Below are positions 60,386 to 64,000 of a DNA stretch of 64,000 bases, in pieces. Position 1 is the first letter of the stretch. Each line of letters begins with the position of its first letter. Position numbers and translations under genes: made by a program. The stretch comes from Candidatus Peregrinibacteria bacterium (GTDB lineage Bacteria; Patescibacteriota; Gracilibacteria; UBA1369). The notes under the pieces were generated by a model. The model had not been told where the DNA came from. It saw nothing but the letters and a program-made list of their open reading frames with translations, and searched no databases. The stretch is from NCBI GenBank assembly GCA_963708185.1, contig OY970195.1:1152001-1216000 (forward strand), read 5' to 3'.

Positions 60386-61024
60386 TTAGCTGTTTTGAAA
60401 CAGGTCAATGTCTTCACGGATGGCTTCGAGAAGTTCGCTGCGTTTTTCGTGATAATCTTTGCCGAGTTCAACCTTGCCTCCGCTGAAGCGTTTTTTGGCG
60501 ATGTCCACAAGGCTTGCCTGGACCTCATTGAGCAGCTGGCGGATGTGCGGTGAACAAACGAGGTTCATTTTGATCTCCATCTTGTTCCATTCCGACACGA
60601 AGCTTTCTTCGTCCTTCATGGCGGGGTGTTCGGCTTTGTTGATCAAAAAGCTTTCCATGTGTCCGAGATCGGTGAGAAACCCTTTGTAGATCTCCTGTTT
60701 GATCTGGAACTCCTTTTCTTTTCTTTCGCGGACCATGAAGGCTTCTTCACGTTTATCTTCGCGGCGGACATCCAGAAAGCGCAGGAAATAGGTTCCCAAA
60801 ATGGTCAGGAAGCTGCCGACGAGAAGTCCGACGACGCCGATAACGGCGGCGACGATGTTGGGGTCAAGGCCCGTGCTTTTGGCGACGTTGCCGTAGCTCA
60901 TGGCTCCGGGCGGGAGATCGGCTGCGGTGGGGATGATTTCCATGCTCGCGGCCCCCGCGATGTGGACAAATGAAACGGCGAAGAGGATAGCTGTGAGAAA
61001 AAGAACAAATCGTTGCTTCGACAT
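60386..61024 (-). CDS. Signal peptide, TM and cytoplasmic helical domain; paralog of its neighbour
   Basis: Start MSKQRF; KQEIYKGF...LVCSPHIRQL...RSELLEAIREDI. Confidence 0.75.
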   Translation of the reverse strand: MSKQRFVLFLTAILFAVSFVHIAGAASMEIIPTAADLPPGAMSYGNVAKSTGLDPNIVAAVIGVVGLLVGSFLTILGTYFLRFLDVRREDKREEAFMVRERKEKEFQIKQEIYKGFLTDLGHMESFLINKAEHPAMKDEESFVSEWNKMEIKMNLVCSPHIRQLLNEVQASLVDIAKKRFSGGKVELGKDYHEKRSELLEAIREDIDLFQNS

Positions 61025-61115
61025 AGTTTGGGAGCAAAAGTTAATAAAAATAGATGAGACCTGGGCCATTCTAGCCTGTCCCCCGTATTATTACAACGAA
61101 GCGGGGGCCGCTTTA

Positions 61116-61640
61116 TTACGGTGTCTGTTGCGTAACGGAAACGCCCGGGGACGTTCCGGCCGCTTTCTGCAGTTCGCTGAGGAACTGGTTTTGCATGTCC
61201 TGGATCTGCTTCGACATGTTCAAGAGCGGCTGGGTCATGGTCTGCAGGTTCTGGATGAGATCCTGGACTTTCTGATCGGCCGTCTGTTGGGACATCTGGA
61301 GAAAAGCCCGATAGGTGTCCTGGGCTTTTTGTAAATATTCTTTGGTTTTTTCTTCGAGGTCCCTGGTGCGGGCCGGGATGTTGAGGTCGTCGATTTTTTT
61401 AAGATTTTGCTGGACCACGGCGTTCGCCTGGTTGATCAGTTGCTGAATCTGCTCCACCGAGTAGTTCCCGGTCTGGATTTTCTGGTTTATTTGCGCTATT
61501 TCCTGGCTGGCCTGGGTTTGAATGTTGAGGAGCGTCTGTTCATCAGCGGTCGGCTTATCGGTATTGATGACGACGACGCAGCCGGCCAGCAGCACGGAGG
61601 CCAGTCCCACCTGGAGAATTTTTAAAATAGTTTTTCCCAT
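61116..61640 (-). CDS. Gln-rich helical lipoprotein
   Basis: Lipobox LAGC after MGKTILKILQVGLASVL. Confidence 0.75.
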   Translation of the reverse strand: MGKTILKILQVGLASVLLAGCVVVINTDKPTADEQTLLNIQTQASQEIAQINQKIQTGNYSVEQIQQLINQANAVVQQNLKKIDDLNIPARTRDLEEKTKEYLQKAQDTYRAFLQMSQQTADQKVQDLIQNLQTMTQPLLNMSKQIQDMQNQFLSELQKAAGTSPGVSVTQQTP

Positions 61641-61764
61641 AGGTAAGCCAAAAAATACGTATGGATTGTAGCAAAATTGCATAAGAAAGTCCATTTTTGT
61701 AATATTTTAAGAAAAAAAGGCTTAGAGAGGGTGCAAGATCGTCAGCTCCACTGACGAGAAGATG

Positions 61765-61793
61765 TTGACAAATTGGCTGAAATTTAGCATAAT
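61765..61793 (+). promoter_or_regulatory. Sigma70 promoter of ECF no. 3
   Basis: TTGACA-N17-CATAAT. Confidence 0.65.
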
Positions 61794-61824
61794 TCTCGCC
61801 CTTAGCCTATAAAAGGCCGATATT

Positions 61825-62361
61825 GTGCTAGAGCAAGATAAAAAGTTAGTCCAGGAAGCTCAACAGGACCCTGAAAAGTTCGCGATCCTTTACGATAAAT
61901 ATTTTGATCAGATTTATCGTTACGTCTACAGACGCGTGAACGACAAGGAAATGGTTCAGGATCTGGTGAGTCAGACTTTCTACGATGCCCTCGCCCACAT
62001 CAAAAGTTTTGAATGGAGGGGGTTTCCTTTCTCTTCGTGGCTTTACAAGATCGCCCACAATAACGTTCTCAAGTGGTACCGGGAACAGGGAAGGATGCAG
62101 AAGGTTTCACTGGACGACATTGGAGAACTTGCCGACCATGATGCCGATCAAAAACGTGACGCATCGAGAAAAGAGAAAAAACTGGAAGTCCAGCAGGTCA
62201 TTGAACAGCTGGAGCCGGAAGAACGAGAAATCATCCGCCTGAAATTTTTTGAAGAAGTATCGAATATCGAGATCGCGGAGATTATGGGACTCAGCGCCAA
62301 TCACATCGGAGTCAAAGTCTACAGAACCCTTAAAAAAGTCAAACAGCTTCTCAAATCCTGA
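61825..62361 (+). CDS. ECF RNA polymerase sigma factor (no. 3)
   Basis: FAILYDKY, QDLVSQTF, FSSWLYKIAHN, EIAEIMGLSANHIGVKVYR; GTG start. Confidence 0.93.
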   Translation: MLEQDKKLVQEAQQDPEKFAILYDKYFDQIYRYVYRRVNDKEMVQDLVSQTFYDALAHIKSFEWRGFPFSSWLYKIAHNNVLKWYREQGRMQKVSLDDIGELADHDADQKRDASRKEKKLEVQQVIEQLEPEEREIIRLKFFEEVSNIEIAEIMGLSANHIGVKVYRTLKKVKQLLKS

Positions 62362-62399
62362 CCTTTCCTAACCTTACACCCCTAACCCCCGAGTTTGTC

Positions 62400-63753
62400 A
62401 TGGCACGACCAGCAGGAAGATATTTCGCTTCGGTCATCGCAAAGATCCGCGATGTCAGAAAAAAAGAACAGATCGTCATCGACGAGTCTTTCAAGATGCA
62501 GCTTCGCCAGAAGATCATGTTGAAGGTGACCGCACAAACCCAGCCGCAGACCAGCAACTGGCTGGAAAGATTTGCGCCATACAAGAGTTATCTTGCCGTT
62601 GTCCCCGCACTGGGCCTGGTCATCGTGGCGGTGGTGGGAATTTCGAAACTCCCCATTCAGTTTACGAGCAACGTCGTTGTTCCGACGTCAACTCCAACCC
62701 AGGAAAACAACAGTCAGGCTCAGAACGTCACGGCTCCGCAGGCCTCAGTTGTCGAGCAACCGTCTTCAACGGATTCTTCAGGCTTGATGACTTTCCCCGG
62801 GCGCCTGGCGCTCCCTTCGAGTTATTTTGAACAGAACGCTCCCGCAAATAGCGTGGCAGCTCAAGCGCCCGCTCCACAGCAGGATCTGAGTGCGAACGTC
62901 ATGGCTCCTTTGCAGGTGAATGCACCGGAAACTTCAGCGCCTCCCGCCACAAGCCAGCCGCAGAGTTCTTCGAATACCGCGAATATCGCGAACCCTTCAG
63001 GCAATGACCAGCAGCAAACAGCTCCGCAGACAACCGTACAACCTCCGGTCAGTCAGCAGCCGCAAGTCCAATATTTCGCTTTGAATACTCAATCAGACAA
63101 CAACACGCAGGTTGCGCAGGGGAACGTCGGAGCAGCTTCCACTTCTTCTCCGGTCCAGAGCCTCCGCGACTGCAACGGTTGAGCCGAGCGTTTCGGGAAG
63201 CACCCCGTCGGTTCCGGCAAATCAGGCACAGGCTCCGGCTCCACGTGAATCTTCGGTTTCCGGATACAATCCTTCGGTCCCGGCTGATCAGGCCGCCGCT
63301 ACCCCTGCACAGGAAACGTCGACTTCTCCCGCAGGCGCGGCAACAGGCAGCGCCACAGCGGCTCCCGTGGTGCAAAAATCCGCTTCCTCGACCTCTTCCA
63401 GGGCATACAGTTCACAGCTTTTCCGTTCAACGTCGAACACGGCTCCGGCCGAGTCTTTATTGCCGGCATTGAATGACATCGCGGCACTTCCCGCTCAACA
63501 GCTGGATGTGAACGTCATCTATAACGGAAATTTTTCCGCCGATGAACGCACCGTGCTGGAACAGAATCTTGTTCCGAATCTTATCGACAGCCGGAACGGT
63601 TCGGTCGAAAAGGTTTACGTGAATCAAAAAGACGCCGCAACACTCGATATCACCATCAGTTATTCTTCGGGTTTCTCGGTGATTTATACGTATTCCGTCG
63701 GTGCCAACGGGAACCTTGCGCTGACGAAATCCACCGTCAAAGTCACGCAGTAG
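62400..63753 (+). CDS. Probable anti-sigma factor: TM, long Ser/Ala/Pro/Gln stalk and C-terminal domain; +1 frameshift near 63145-63165
   Basis: DESFKMQLRQKI helix then TM; the low-complexity composition continues into the frame of ORF 63112-63753, which contains a 22-aa near-duplication (SVSGSTPSVPANQA / SVSGYNPSVPADQA). Confidence 0.65.
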
Positions 63754-64000
63754 GCTTCCGTCTGAACCTTTTTTGCACGAGAATACCCACGCTGATCCAG
63801 AAGAAGATCATGATTTGAGCGAAGAGCAGACTGTTGACGAAGAGCGAGTGGACGAGCAGCCCCATGGTTCCGGCAAAAACCCCAAGACCATAGCCCTGCC
63901 ACATCAGGGGTATTTTTTTGCTGCGCCAGTTCTGAAAAGAAAGCTTGAGCGCATTCCAGTACAGCCAGAGGAAAGGGAAGAGTCCCAGGACGCCGGTGGT
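63743..64000 (-). CDS. C-terminus of an O-antigen ligase/polymerase-family membrane protein (partial; frameshift at 63860-63862)
   Basis: Reads TTGVLGLFPFLWLYW...GLGVFAGTMG, then with one extra G LLVHSLFVNSLLFAQIMIFFWISVG...TA*. Confidence 0.65.
   Translation of the reverse strand, partial: TTGVLGLFPFLWLYWNALKLSFQNWRSKKIPLMWQGYGLGVFAGTMGLLVHSLFVNSLLFAQIMIFFWISVGILVQKRFRRKPTA

Noticed and set aside
63815-63860. GAGCGAAGAGC...GAGCGAGTGG, resembling the GCGAGC repeat elements
   Set aside because: It is the reverse complement of coding sequence (LVHSLFVNSLLFAQ) in the O-antigen-ligase-like gene.
1-64000. Genetic code 25 (UGA=Gly) as in Gracilibacteria/SR1
   Set aside because: Long genes contain no in-frame TGA, and recR, holB and pduO end at TGA at expected lengths.

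Overview
About 60 genes from a bacterial chromosome read in the standard genetic code (recR, holB and pduO end at TGA at their expected lengths). Gene content and style suggest a Patescibacteria/CPR genome, probably Peregrinibacteria-like; this is an inference from the U/A-rich leaders without Shine-Dalgarno sites, the ECF/DUF5666/MacAB cassette, the VanW-YtxH pair and the long tmRNA tag. The housekeeping set includes msrA, pduO, queG, carB, folE, recR, infC-rpmI-rplT, murF, holB, trxB, rny, a cysteine desulfurase, dnaN, mfd, epmA-efp, tmRNA, an ArfB-like factor and tRNA-Asp. There are three ECF sigma/anti-sigma pairs and a possible oriC upstream of dnaN. About a dozen orphan genes are scattered among these, several with their own sigma70 promoter. 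The best candidate for an undescribed system is this orphan set. (1) Two ~1050-1090 aa paralogous single-pass proteins share a novel ~165 aa domain and flank an orphan receiver-domain gene. (2) These proteins, a third orphan and a Tat-like lipoprotein carry many short motifs (acidic-Thr-hydrophobic sites, GEGTGLIDIAAL, LDEIDAGW, ELSPEDL, DGG/DAG) that I associate from memory with myxobacterial proteins. (3) At least six unrelated orphans share a short xSxxVxSV-hydrophobic motif. Together these suggest a host-mimicking effector repertoire with a common targeting signal, which remains a hypothesis. Six single-base frameshifts are present; assembly indels are the most likely cause.
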